From: Octopus sinensis
Lineage: Eukaryota
NCBI RefSeq assembly: GCF_006345805.1
Contig: NC_043003.1
Coordinates: 41,478,001 to 41,542,000 of the forward strand
Length of the DNA stretch: 64,000 nucleotides
Reading direction: 5' to 3'
Shown here: positions 13,545 to 26,106 of the stretch, piece by piece
How positions within the stretch are numbered: the first letter of the stretch is position 1
Layout of the letters: each line of letters begins with the position of its first letter
The notes under the pieces: generated by a model
What the model saw: only the letters and a program-made list of their open reading frames with translations
Database searches by the model: none
What the model was told of the DNA's origin: nothing
Program-made: the position numbers and the translations under genes

Positions 13545-14035
13545 GAACAGAGCAGCTCACCGCCATGCCGTTAAAGAAACGTTGAAATTCATCTTTCACC
13601 TCGTCGTCATTGCTGAAGCGCAATTTCGGCGAAATGTTCTTTCAACATAGGGAACAGGTGGTAGTCACTGGGTGACAAGTCCGGACTATAAGGTGGGGTG
13701 CCGTTTATTGTTTTCTGTGAACGTTCGTGGGACCCATCTTGCGCTCATCATTCGATATTGCAGCTTTTCACTGAAAAACCTATGAATGGTGCTTTGGGAA
13801 AGCTCAGGAAACAAAATGCGGAGATCATCCAGAGTGATCGGCCGATTTTCATGCAGGATTTGCTCAACCTTCGTGACTGTCTCGTCGAAAATTGATGGTC
13901 GCTTGTTTCTTTCTTCGACATAAATTCCAGTATGTCTATCTGCAAAATCCCTTCACCACTTGCAGTCGTTTTTGTCATCCATGCATCACTCACCATACTT
14001 CTGTTAATTGGTGGTGAATTTCGAGCTTTATTCTC
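13545..14035 (-). pseudogene. Internally deleted mariner transposase remnant
   Basis: Minus strand has an N-terminal HTH-like region, then HPPYSPDLSPSDYHLFPMLKEHFAEIRFSNDDEVKDEFQRFF (mariner YSPDLAPSD motif). The central catalytic region appears absent. Confidence 0.85.
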
Positions 14036-14039
14036 TGTG

Positions 14040-14495
14040 AGCACTACATCATCTGCATAATGTGGAAAATATTCTATCGGCATTGCCCAAATGATGTTGG
14101 CATTACCTTTGAAATACAGCCAAAACATGGGGCCCGTGCTATCAGTCCACGACATAAATCATTCCCGCATCACATAACAACAATACGGCACAATTATTTC
14201 TCTGCAACTGGCCCCACTGACTTTAAGATTACACCAAAAAACACATTAAGGCAGGAACAGACCCCATAAAGTTCAAGAATTCATTGGACAAATTCCTTCA
14301 AGATATCCCGGACAAACCTCTGACACCTAGATATGTCTCTCGAAACAAAAACTTCTTACTCAAGTGGGCCATGTTGTCCGATTCCTGATTTAAATGACTT
14401 CGCCTGGTAGTGCTATTAGGTTACAGATGGCCTGGGCCAATACTGGCTGAAACCTATCAAAATATCAAATCTATCAAAGTATCAAAGTACCTAAG
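14040..14495 (+). mobile_element. 3' fragment of a CR1-like LINE
   Basis: MWKIF...CPNDVGITFEIQPKHGARA...RHNYFSATGP...DPIKFKNSLDKFLQDIPDKP, the typical CR1-type RT C-terminus, then a short-repeat tail (atcaaagt)n. Confidence 0.75.
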
Positions 14496-14506
14496 TATAC
14501 CTGTCC

Positions 14507-14564
<58 letters not shown>

Positions 14565-14760
14565 GTATTGATGTATGTATGTATGCATTTATGTATGTAT
14601 GTATGCATTTATGTATGCATGTATGCATGTATGCATGTATGTATGTATGTATGTATGTATGTATGTATGTATGTACGTGCGAAAGAAGATGAAGAAAATA
14701 GTACTCGATTGCCGGAGGTAGACAAATAGATTTTATTAATAAAATATAGATAGATATAGA

Positions 14761-14929
14761 TAGGCGCAGGAGTGGCTGTGTGGTAAGTAGCTTGCTAACC
14801 AACCACATGGTTCCGGATTCAGTCCCACTGCGTGGCATCTTGAGCAAGTGTCTTCTGCTATAGCCTCGGGCCGACCAATGCCTTGTGAGGGGATTTCGTA
14901 GACGGAAACTGAAAGAAGCCTGTCGTATA

Positions 14930-14972
<43 letters not shown>

Positions 14973-15085
14973 ATGTGTTTGTGTGTTTGTCCCCCTAGCG
15001 GATGCTGGTGTCGATTTGGTCGGCTAAAGGCGGTGCTCCAGCATGGCCGCAGTCAAATGACTGAAACAAGTAAAAGAGTAAAGAG
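14761..15085 (+). mobile_element. tRNA-derived SINE with internal (TA)/(TG) microsatellite
   Basis: ggcgcaggagtggctgtgtggtaag head, ggttccggattcagtccc B-box region, and ggctaaaggcggtgctccagcatggccgcagtc...tgactgaaacaagtaaaagag end. Related copies at 24985-25555 and 48204-48341. Confidence 0.85.
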
Positions 15086-15238
15086 AGGGAGAGAGAGAGA
15101 GATAGATAGATAGATTAATTGATAGATGCGATCAATAATGTTCCCATCACTAACGCTGCTTTTAATTCGTTATTGAACTTAATCTAACACTTGCATCGCC
15201 ATGGCACAATATGCAATGGTTTTTAAACTATCTACATA

Positions 15239-15277
<39 letters not shown>

Positions 15278-15839
15278 GATGCCAATTCGATTGGCACACA
15301 GTTCGATTCAGGTACGTGATGTTGATAAGCCGCAAAGATGGCGAAATATAGGCATACTTATTCGATCCGCGGGGAGTTGTCTCGCCTATTTCCAAGAGTG
15401 TTTTGAGAGAATCGTCCGCAAACGATATACTAGAGCGAATCCGGTGAACAGAGTACATACAACAAATCTGTGCGATAGATAATGGCTAAACACACACATA
15501 CACAAATAATCTATATACACAAATATAGATGTGCATATGTAAATATACCTAAATGTATATATATATATATATATATATATGCATGTATATGTGCGTGAGC
15601 TGACTCTAAAACATATATGTAATCAGTTATATTCACTGATTTGCATTATTCTGTATTACTTAACATAAACAACATCATGAAATTTCCTACCTAACCACAC
15701 AGAAACCACATAAAAAAAAATGCGCGCGCACGCACACCCACACATACACTCACACAGTTATGCACTCATATATATATATATATATATCTAATGTGTCCAC
15801 AGAAAAACTTATATATCGATATACATGCAAATATGCATA

Positions 15840-15891
<52 letters not shown>

Positions 15892-15956
15892 TCGAAAGAT
15901 AGATAAATAGACAGATAGATACATATATATATATATATATATATATACATACACAC

Positions 15957-15995
<39 letters not shown>

Positions 15996-16700
15996 CACAC
16001 ACACACATAAATATATATACATGTATATATATATATATATGCATATTTATGGGCGTATATTCCTACCAACGTGCGTGCGCGCATATGGACCTGTATTTAC
16101 GGAGTCATACTTCCACATAAAGAAATATATATACAATATTATACACGTATATGGATTTCCTTTAATCTGGTTCGTCCTGATATAATAAAGCTATCGAAAT
16201 TAGCCATATTGATAAAAGTGCTATAAATCCTTAAGTTAACCCGTCGAAGCAATCAAAGTTAGTGACGTGTGTTTTAAACTTAGCAATTCCGCCATGATAT
16301 ATCGCTGATATTGTCACATTTGACCAACTAAGCAATCATGATATCTTTTCAGGCAGCGATTCTCAACATTTACCGTCTGTTCAGTTAATCCCATCAATCA
16401 GGCCTCTTTGCGCTACTGGCTCTTTCATACCCTTCATCTCACCTACATACAGTTCTCTTTCGACCTCCACCTCTCTCGTTGATTGTACATGAGTGCGCAT
16501 ATGCGCGCGCACATAAACGCACACATGCACACACATACACACACACACACACGCTCTCAATCTCTCTTACACACACATCATCGTCTGTTTGTCTGTCTGT
16601 CTGTCTCTCTCTCTCTATATATATATAGACAGAGAGAGAAATAGATAAAGACAGTGAGTTATGCGGATCATATTGTACAGGCACACACACACAGAGACTC

Positions 16701-16743
<43 letters not shown>

Positions 16744-19287
16744 AGAGAGAGAGATAGACAGAGAGAAAGAGGGAGTGAGAGAGAGAGATACATACACTTA
16801 TATAATATACATGACGACCAATTGCCAGTTGAATTTGAAATTCTTGCCGCATAATAAAATATTTAAATAATTAAATATTTAAAATGCAGGGTGGTCGTGC
16901 TGTTTTCTCGATGAATGTTATAATTCATGTTTAACTTAGTGTTTAATTAAATATTTTCAGTTATTTGCGTCTGTGTGCGCGTGTGCATGTGTGTGTGTAT
17001 GTGTGTGTTGGTGTGATTATAAGAAATGCACGAATACAATTTCCATGTTTATTCGTCAAACAGTTTTTAGTTTTGACCAATATTAAGGTAAATTTTATAA
17101 AGACTATTTACTTTGACCATACACATATATCTCTCTACCTACGTTTTTGCTTACCTCTATTTCTTTTTCTTTTCTACTCTCTTTTTACAGCAGTATTGCA
17201 CGTTCGCACAGAAACACAAATATATCAAAAATAAGATGTAATATATTATGCAAGGATTTATTTTTGTTACAGTAAATGAACTTATCTATACATGTGTATA
17301 ATTTAACCTTGGTGTGCAAAAAGGTGCTGTAATTTCAATGTTTCTTACTTGAAGAATTTCCGAGCGAGGTACATACGAAAAAAATATCACAAACACATTC
17401 CCATGTTCATATAATCACATCAGCAGACGCACACACATATCCTGTCGTGAATTCAGTTGCATACATCGACTAAAATATATCAACTGCTACTCGATATATG
17501 ACCCTGCGAGCTTACAATTTTATGTACACGTATTTTATTTTATATATATTCCTGTATATTCCTGGCATATTTGGGTATTTCTAAGATGAATACGATATAT
17601 TGATATATAACTTGGAATATAAATCAAATTCTTGTCACATTCCATCAGCCTTATATAGTGTCTATAAACATAGACTACATATTGCCAGTTCGACCGGTAA
17701 TGCTCTCTGTATACCGTTTTCATTATCTTTACGTTTTACACTCATCTTCTTTAAATTAAATGTTATTCATCTTGTATATGTCAACGAAAAGCCTATATTT
17801 CTTTTTCTGCAAAGAGATATGGCGACATGTGCTGAATCTGTTGTTGTTTAGTTGATGTCAATGTTTTTGCAACTGCTGTTTTTTGTCTTGGTTTTTTAAA
17901 TTGTTAGGTTCATTTATTATTATTTATTCAACGTTATCATTGTTCTTGTCGCCTTCTGATCACCGTACATGCAGATGGAAAAGACCTATGACATGCTAAT
18001 TGCCATTTGAGTGACCTGATGACGTCCCTGTATTTTCCTACACCACAACATCCCATAGCTCTTCTTGCACGAGGAATGTATGTGATCATTCTGACATACA
18101 TAAGTGTGTTCTCGTGAAAAAGTTTCCGTGTGGTGCATTCTCTTTACGAAAGCATCGTGTTTGAATTGTCAAGTGTTTCACTTTCCAATGAAGAGATTCC
18201 CGGGTTCTATCCCACTGCGTAGCATCTTATCAAGTTCCTGTTAATACATACATCAGGTCAAGTGGCTTCTAAGGTACATCCTTCAAACATATTGTGTCAC
18301 GTCAATCCTACCTCAAAATTCTTTAAGGGAACACTTGTCAGTAGTATTTTTAGACGCTTCTCCAAAGAGCAGGTAACTAAATTGTGTGGACTACTGAATG
18401 GTCATCGACGACTTATCCTACCAATATGCCTGCACATTCGACTTAAACTGCGAAGTACGTCTGTACATTCTGTTTTTACTAAATTCGACGTGAGTATAGC
18501 GGTATTCATATGAAAATAAAATTAGAACAATTTTTAATATGACAAATGGTTCTTATCCACATTTATAACTAGGATTTAAATCCATCTCTTCTTGGAAATG
18601 GAAAGATTAGTAATATTTGTGCACATCATTACCACCTTCGGCATTACATCTTCCACCATCTTCGTTGCCATAAATTTCAAATTCGCAAATACTGCTTTTA
18701 CTCCCTACCACCGTTACTAAGATCATCTCGACAGCTTTTACCGTCAACTACATCACTATAACATCACAAGGGCCATATACGCCAGCACTGATAACTTTAC
18801 GGCTGAATCCCTTCGAAATCATTACTAGAGTCTCCCATTGATCAATCTCAATCATTCTTCTAACCACAACGCTATCATTTACTTTCATTGTATACTGCCA
18901 TAATGTTAAGAGAGAACTAATCTAGTAGTATGCAATTGCCAAAGAGGTATCAGCAAAGACATACACTAGAACTAACTTTCTTAAAAGCCACTTATCATTA
19001 TAACCAGAGGAAATAGGTATATTGGGTTGTGGCGAAGTAGATACCTGGGTAAGTAGGTTCATAATTGTATATAAACATACAGGTTTACAACACAAACTCA
19101 CACACACATATACACATCTATGTACATTTCATATATGTACACATATATCTATCTATCAATCTGTACATATACAAAGAAAATAGATGTCTAACTATGTATT
19201 TACATTATAGATATCGTTACATAAATGAAGATGTAAGTAGTCAGACGCATGACTTCATATGAACATATACACAGGTGTTGTCTTGCT

Positions 19288-19333
<46 letters not shown>

Positions 19334-19626
19334 TATATTATAATTAATTAATAAGGGTGAGAGAATTAGATACTAATTTAATAGTATATCCATTCACACC
19401 AAGTGGCCTAGTGCTCGAGAAACCTGGATTATTATAATATTTTATAATATATTATAATATTTTCAACAATACAAATATAGTAAGAGGGATCTACCATATG
19501 GCTCACTCTAGCACCAGTTAATCCAAAAGGTTTCAACCACTAAAAATACATGTTTCCCATGAAAGTCAGTCGACGATTGTTAGCTCACACGGACAGGGCA
19601 AATAAAAAATAACAAAATACAGATTA

Positions 19627-19706
19627 TTTTGGACAATTGTTTCGCTATTAATGAATTAATGTAATTTTACTTACAAAAAAATCCACTTGTAGCTCATCGG
19701 CCAAAA
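19627..19706 (-). ncRNA. Type I hammerhead ribozyme, array copy 1
   Basis: Reverse complement of the motif at 20427-20508, with one C missing in the 3' strand of stem I. Confidence 0.7.
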
Positions 19707-20158
19707 CTATCTGGATGAAATCCACTCAATCACACGCCAGATTTTACCATAACGATAAATACGCGTGTGGTTCAATTGATTACATCCGACGTTATAATTC
19801 AAATGCCCCAACTAACAGCGCGCCAAACTTTCACGGAAAACAAATACAGCATTTAGAAATAAATGCAGCATAATTATAATTAATTAATAAGGGTGAGAGA
19901 ATTAGATACTAATTAATAGTATATCCATTCAACACCAAGTGGCCTAGTGCTCCGAGAAACCTGGATTATTATAATATTTTATAATATATTATAATATTTT
20001 TACAAAATAAATATAAGAGAGTGGTCACTATATGGCTCACTCTAGCACCAGTTAATCCAAAAGGTTTCAACCACTAAAAATACATGTTTCCCATGAAAGT
20101 CAGTACGATTGTTAGCTCACACGGACAGGGCAAATAAAAAATAACAAAATACAGATTA

Positions 20159-20240
20159 TTTTGGGACAATTGTTTCGCTATTAATGAATTAAATGTAATT
20201 TTACTTACAAAAAAATCCACTTGTAGCTCATCGGCCAAAA
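20159..20240 (-). ncRNA. Type I hammerhead ribozyme, array copy 2
   Basis: TTTTGG-CCGATGA-GCTA...TAGC-GAAAC-AATT-GTC-CCAAAA on the minus strand. Confidence 0.8.
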
Positions 20241-20426
20241 CTATCGGATGAAATCCACTCAATCACACGCCAGATTTTACCATAACGATAAATACGCGTG
20301 TGGTTCAATTGATTACATCCGACGTTATAATTCAAATGCTCCAACTAATGTAATCAATTGAACCACACGCGTATTTATCGTTATGGTAAAATCTGGCGTG
20401 TGATTGAGTGGATTTCATCCAGATAG

Positions 20427-20508
20427 TTTTGGCCGATGAGCTACAAGTGGATTTTTTTGTAAGTAAAATTACATTTAATTCATTAATAGCGAAACAATTG
20501 TCCCAAAA
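20427..20508 (+). ncRNA. Type I hammerhead ribozyme, array copy 3
   Basis: TTTTGG(20427)-CCGATGA-GCTA..43 nt..TAGC-GAAAC-AATT-GTC(20502)-CCAAAA. Stem I extends through atccagat/atctggat; predicted cleavage after C20502. Confidence 0.85.
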
Positions 20509-20958
20509 AATCTGGATTTTGTTATTTTTTATTTGCCCTGTCCGTGTGAGCTAACAATCGTACTGACTTTCATGGGAAACATGTATTTTTAGTGGTTGAA
20601 ACCTTTTGGATTAACTGGTGCTAGAGTGAGCCATATAGTGACCACTCTCTTATATTTATTTTGTAAAAATATTATAATATATTATAAAATATTATAATAA
20701 CCAGGTTTCTCGGAGCACTAGGCCACTTGGTGTTGAATGGATATACTATTAAATTAGTATCTAATTCTCTCACCCTTATTAATTAATTATAATTATGCTG
20801 CATTTATTTCTAAATGCTGTATTGGTTTCCGTGAAAGTTTGGCGCGCTGTTAGTTGGGGCATTTGAATTATAACGTCGGATGTAATCAATTGAACCACAC
20901 GCGTATTTATCGTTATGGTAAAATCTGGCGTGTGATTGAGTGGATTTCATCCAGATAG

Positions 20959-21040
20959 TTTTGGCCGATGAGCTACAAGTGGATTTTTTTGTAAGTAAAA
21001 TTACATTTAATTCATTAATAGCGAAACAATTGTCCCAAAA
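20959..21040 (+). ncRNA. Type I hammerhead ribozyme, array copy 4
   Basis: Same motif; predicted cleavage after C21034, 532 nt from the copy 3 site. Confidence 0.85.
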
Positions 21041-21201
21041 TAATCTGTATTTGTTATTTTTTATTTGCCCTGTCCGTGTGAGCTAACAATCGTACTGACT
21101 TTCATGGGAAACATGTATTTTTAGTGGTTGAAACCTTTTGGATTAACTGGTGCTAGAGTGAGCCATATAGTGACCACTCTCTTATATTTATTATTATTTA
21201 T

Positions 21202-21243
<42 letters not shown>

Positions 21244-21273
21244 TAATATATATATGTATATACATGCATATAT

Positions 21274-21305
<32 letters not shown>

Positions 21306-21380
21306 TATATATGTATATATATGCAATATATCTATATATATATGCATATGTATATATATATGTGTGTGTATATATATAAG

Positions 21381-21415
<35 letters not shown>

Positions 21416-21442
21416 GTAATGTATATATATATATATGTGGTG

Positions 21443-21473
<31 letters not shown>

Positions 21474-22035
21474 CGTGTGTGTGAGTATGTACTAATGAAA
21501 TTACGCAGAAATCTGAAGCAATATATTAGATGAGCAGCATCTAATGGTATGTTATATACATGTAAACTCAATATATAGACGGAGACTGTGTCTCTTTTTT
21601 GTTCCATATACACCTTCTCTTACTACTTATATATTACCATATGTATGCGTTTCGTGTGTGTGTGTGTTTGTGTCCACAGTTTAGGTCAAAACGCTATAAC
21701 CGTTTTTAACATATCATTAGGTTTCTTGTTGTGTGCATGCATCAGTTTCATTTAAGGTATACACACACACACACACATATATATATATACACACACCCTA
21801 TTATTCGTACACCCGCACAAAATATGAATATTATGATACATTCCCCAAATATTCCTGCAGGTATATTTATAATCATACATACATACATACATATGTACAT
21901 ACATACATATATATATGCGTGTGTCTATTTCCACGACTGTGTAATTGCAGTGAAAAAATATGATGGCTTTATTCAACACTCATACAATTTCCATGGGCGC
22001 TTCTTACATTCGTACATATCTCTCTCACCCTGTGT

Positions 22036-22119
<84 letters not shown>

Positions 22120-22588
22120 TATATATATGCATTTAACTGTATATAAGTCTATGACTCAATACGTATATGTATGCGTGTGTGTGTGTCGCTGCATGTGTGT
22201 GTGTATGTTCAACACAAGATTAAGTTGAAATGGCTTTTGCTATTTTCGTACCCGAATTTGCTCACGGTTCTGTTAATCTTTTTTTATCATTTCCTTAATG
22301 GGGTCTAACATCATAGGCTATCTCCTAGATACACAATGTTAACATAATGTAGCATGCACCCATTCCAATACAGATACATGCTCGCACATACCCACACAAC
22401 AATTCGTATGCTTTTGTGTGTATAATTCATACTCCTTAATATATACATTTAAGTCTATTCTCATACATATATATATATATATATAATCAAACATATAAAT
22501 GTAATAATAAGTGAATACATGTAATTGAATATGCATGTGTGTGTATGAGTATGTGAGTATGTGCGAATGCATATGCCTACATGTGTTC

Positions 22589-22633
<45 letters not shown>

Positions 22634-22739
22634 ACGTTCTGTTGTATTCTGTGCCGATATATGCATGTGTATATGCATATGTATGTAAGTATGTACATAT
22701 ACGTATGTATGTATGCCTATATTACTATCCTCTGACACC

Positions 22740-22806
22740 GTCTCCGATGAAGGGATATTATTAATTATCATAAGAGATATATATATCCTAGAAACAGCTG
22801 TAAGAC
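22740..22806 (+). ncRNA. Type I hammerhead-like motif (CCGA core)
   Basis: GTCT-CCGATGA-AGGGATAT...ATATCCTA-GAAAC-AGCT-GTA-AGAC. Stem I is 4 bp and stem II is 7 bp with an A-A at its base. Shares GAAACAGCTGTAAGAC with 1261-1310. Confidence 0.65.
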
Positions 22807-22861
22807 CTATCTATGAATGCTCTAATGTCTACACAGCCTTGTTTTTTTATCTTATTAAGCA

Positions 22862-22908
<47 letters not shown>

Positions 22909-24188
22909 CAAAATAAGCGACAAGGATATCCAGAGATAATGCAGTACGATACTTTCAAAGAAATCCATTTAATTCAACAATGCAATCATTTCAGCAATTT
23001 AGATGCAGAGCAAACCTCAGCTGCATAAAGACATAGAATTTAATTAAATAAAAGAGATGGACACCTAAATTAAATTATAAAGAAGCTAAGGAGATAACCA
23101 AAGAACATTTTGCATTCACTTCAGCATAGAAGCTAATCATACATACATATATATATATATATATGTAATGACAGATATATTTATATATTTAGATATAGAT
23201 ATACATGCATGTTCCCATACATAATGCATGCATACTTGTTTCACACATTTGACTGCATCCATGGGACACCATGTAAAAGAAATTTTAGTCGAATAAAACC
23301 CCCCGTGTACTTTGATTTTTTTAAAGCTTGGTACTTATTTTGTCGGTCTCGCTCTCACTTATATATGTGTGAGAATGTACTTGTTCTTTTCTACATATGT
23401 ATGTTCGTGGAATGTGTGCGTTTTAGATTAAAGGTACGACACCATTTAAATGTGTTTTCTTGCTAAAGGAGTTTTCACGTAATGAATATGTTAGTTTTGT
23501 TTTATAGGGCTTTTGATTTCTTCAAAGTACCGACCTTTCTGAGATTTCTCTTTTGTTTCTTCCTCTGGATGAAGTTGTTTATGATTTATTAGCTCCCGGT
23601 CAGCTCCAAACTACCAAGCGTAAAGTTCAAAGCCATTTAATCGCATTTCGGTTTTTTTTAGACATAGTGATTCCAAATCTATACAATCTATTACGTCTTC
23701 CTTCTGTTGTAGGGCGATTTCGAAAAGTTATAGCCTATAGTTTCTATTTTGAGAAGGCCATCAATCACACGGTCGTTATGTCGCTTCCTCGAAACAATTG
23801 TTTGTTAGTAAGTTCCTGCCTACAGTCAGCTCCTTTGTTTTTGTCTCAGTTAATGTGAATGCGTTTGATTCAACGAAATTTTGGTTGTAACTTCTACCAC
23901 ATAGAGTGGCTACGAAGAGGCATCTTCATTGGGTTTTCTGTAAGGAGTAACTTATTATTATTGTAGAGAATGTAGGCCAATGACAATAGCGCTATGTAAA
24001 TTTGGGCATTACAACCAGGTTTGAATTTAGATTACCCTAATTTACTTGAAATGTATAATGTCTTAAACTATTATTCATCCCCAAAGATTTTTAAAGCAAT
24101 AAAAGATACGCTATTGTATATCACTTTATCTACTTTGAGTTCCACCATAATGTATAGATCTATACATAGCATTATGTATATATGTATA

Positions 24189-24222
<34 letters not shown>

Positions 24223-24300
24223 ATAAACATTTTCTGACCACATGGTGCCATATATATATATATATATATATATGGCACCATGTGGTCAAAAAATGTTTAT
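24223..24300. repeat. Near-perfect palindrome centred on a (TA)n tract
   Basis: 28-bp arms ataaacattttctgaccacatggtgcca / tggcaccatgtggtcaaaaaatgtttat (one mismatch) around (TA)11. Confidence 0.9.
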
Positions 24301-24984
24301 AATATTCCCATCCTACAAACTACAAAACTTACGTGGAATTGAGTGAAATTGAGAGAAAAGTCAGGGGAAAGAATTTTATTGATAAATTTAAACCCGTTCA
24401 GTTATAGTAACAGGGATAATTACAATGATGATGATAATGATAATAAATACTATTACTATCATTCTGGCACTGCCAACGCTAAGAACAACAATAATATAAG
24501 TGGTGGGAGAATGTTGACCAACTGAACATTGATTCAATTGCGATAAAAATTCGTTGAGTAACAGTAGAATTCAATGCAAACAGGAGCGTTGTTTTCAACT
24601 CTCCAAGATATAGCCAAACAATTTTTTTAGGTACAGTCAAAGTAAAGAAACCTTGACGTGCCCACCAAATCGTAACGTCTAAGCCACATACTGTTTGACG
24701 GAAATACACTTAGAACTCAGTTGCCGCGGTCACCAAACCGTGACATCTAAGCCACATGTTAATTGATCAAAATACAGTTCGTAAGAATCAGCTTACTGGA
24801 TCACGCTGGAGGGTAATTCCAACCATTTCACCACAATTGTCAGTTGTGGAGCATGATTGTCATTACATAAACCTAATGATTTTGTAATGTATGAAAGTAT
24901 TAGTTTATTTCAATATTATAAAATTGTAAAAATGGCAAATTATAAAACGTGAAAAGCTGACAAAGTTGGAATTTTATTGATTGG

Positions 24985-25555
24985 TAAGAAGCTTACTTCC
25001 CAGTCACATGGTTTCGGGTTCAGTCCCCCTGCGTGGCACCTTGGACACGTGACTTCTACTGTAGCCTCGGGCCGATCAAAGCCATTTAGTGGATTTGGTA
25101 GACAGAAACTGAAAGAAACCTAGGCGCAGAAGTGGGTTTGCAGTAAGTAGCTTGCTTTCCTACCTCATGGCTCCCGGTTCAGTCACACTGCGTGACACTT
25201 TAGGCAACCGTCTTCTTCTATAGCCTAGGGACCGACCAAAGCTTTGTGAGTGGATTTGGTAGACGGAAACTGAAAGACGCCCGTCGTATATATATAGAAA
25301 TATATGTTTGTGTGTCTGTGTTTGTCTCCCCCATCATCGCTTGACAACTGATGCTTTTTACGTCCCCCTAACATACCGGTTTGGCAAAAAGAACCGGTAG
25401 AATAAGTACTAAGCTTACAAAGAATCCGTTCTGGGGTCGATTTGTGTGCACGTGTGTATGTGTGTACGTCTGTGTTTGTACCCCTACCATTGCTTGACAA
25501 CCAATGTTAGTATATGTAACATAGCATTTCGGCAAAAGCGACCGATAGATACATA
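24985..25555 (+). mobile_element. Cluster of tandem/nested SINE copies (14761 family)
   Basis: Two heads (about 24985 and 25120) with shared ggatttggtagacggaaactgaaag and gcttgacaac...aagtact motifs. Confidence 0.8.
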
Positions 25556-26053
25556 GAGACAATTATATCTTTGGAAGTAAAAATCTCAATAGTTGTCTTT
25601 ATTTTTCATAAATATCTTCATATATACATGTGCACGCATACACTGATGTGGCTCGTTTTGGGGGACAATGCGCATTTGATACATAATTTTAGTCCTTTTT
25701 AGTTTTGCTTTTTTACTTTTTTAAGAATTCCATAGTGGTAATGATATAAAGTATCAGGAAATGAGTTCGAATTTTGCCGGAATTTGATAAATTGATTGCT
25801 AAGCTTTTAGTAGAGAATTTGCGATTGGTTAATATCCAGTGATACACATTGTGTGCTATCAAATCGAAAATTTGTCGCCAATTCCACTTTGATCAACCTG
25901 ACATTTAGTCTGTCTGGGTAGGCACAAATGTACCAGCCAAGTATTGGGGTTTATTTAACCTACTGACCATGCTCTGCTTAAAAGTAATGATTAATAAAAG
26001 TAACAGGATAAAAGAATATATATAGAGATAGATAGATATATAGACAGACAGAT

Positions 26054-26106
<53 letters not shown>

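Larger units (their letters stand above)
19340..21188. mobile_element. Retrozyme-like array: ~532-536 bp non-coding unit, two tandem copies on the minus strand joined head-to-head to ~1.6 tandem copies on the plus strand
   Basis: Direct repeat with period 536 (gggtgagaga at 19355 and 19891). Inversion at 20348/20349 with a 31-nt spacer (20318-20348). One hammerhead per unit; (TA)n tracts at both ends. Confidence 0.85.

Noticed and set aside
20560-20590. Second hammerhead-like string in the array unit (CTGACTTTCATGG-GAAACATGTA)
   Set aside because: Lacks G8/A9 and has no stem I or II pairing.
19340-21188. CRISPR-like or satellite interpretation of the array
   Set aside because: No short repeat-spacer structure, eukaryotic context, and only about four long units.
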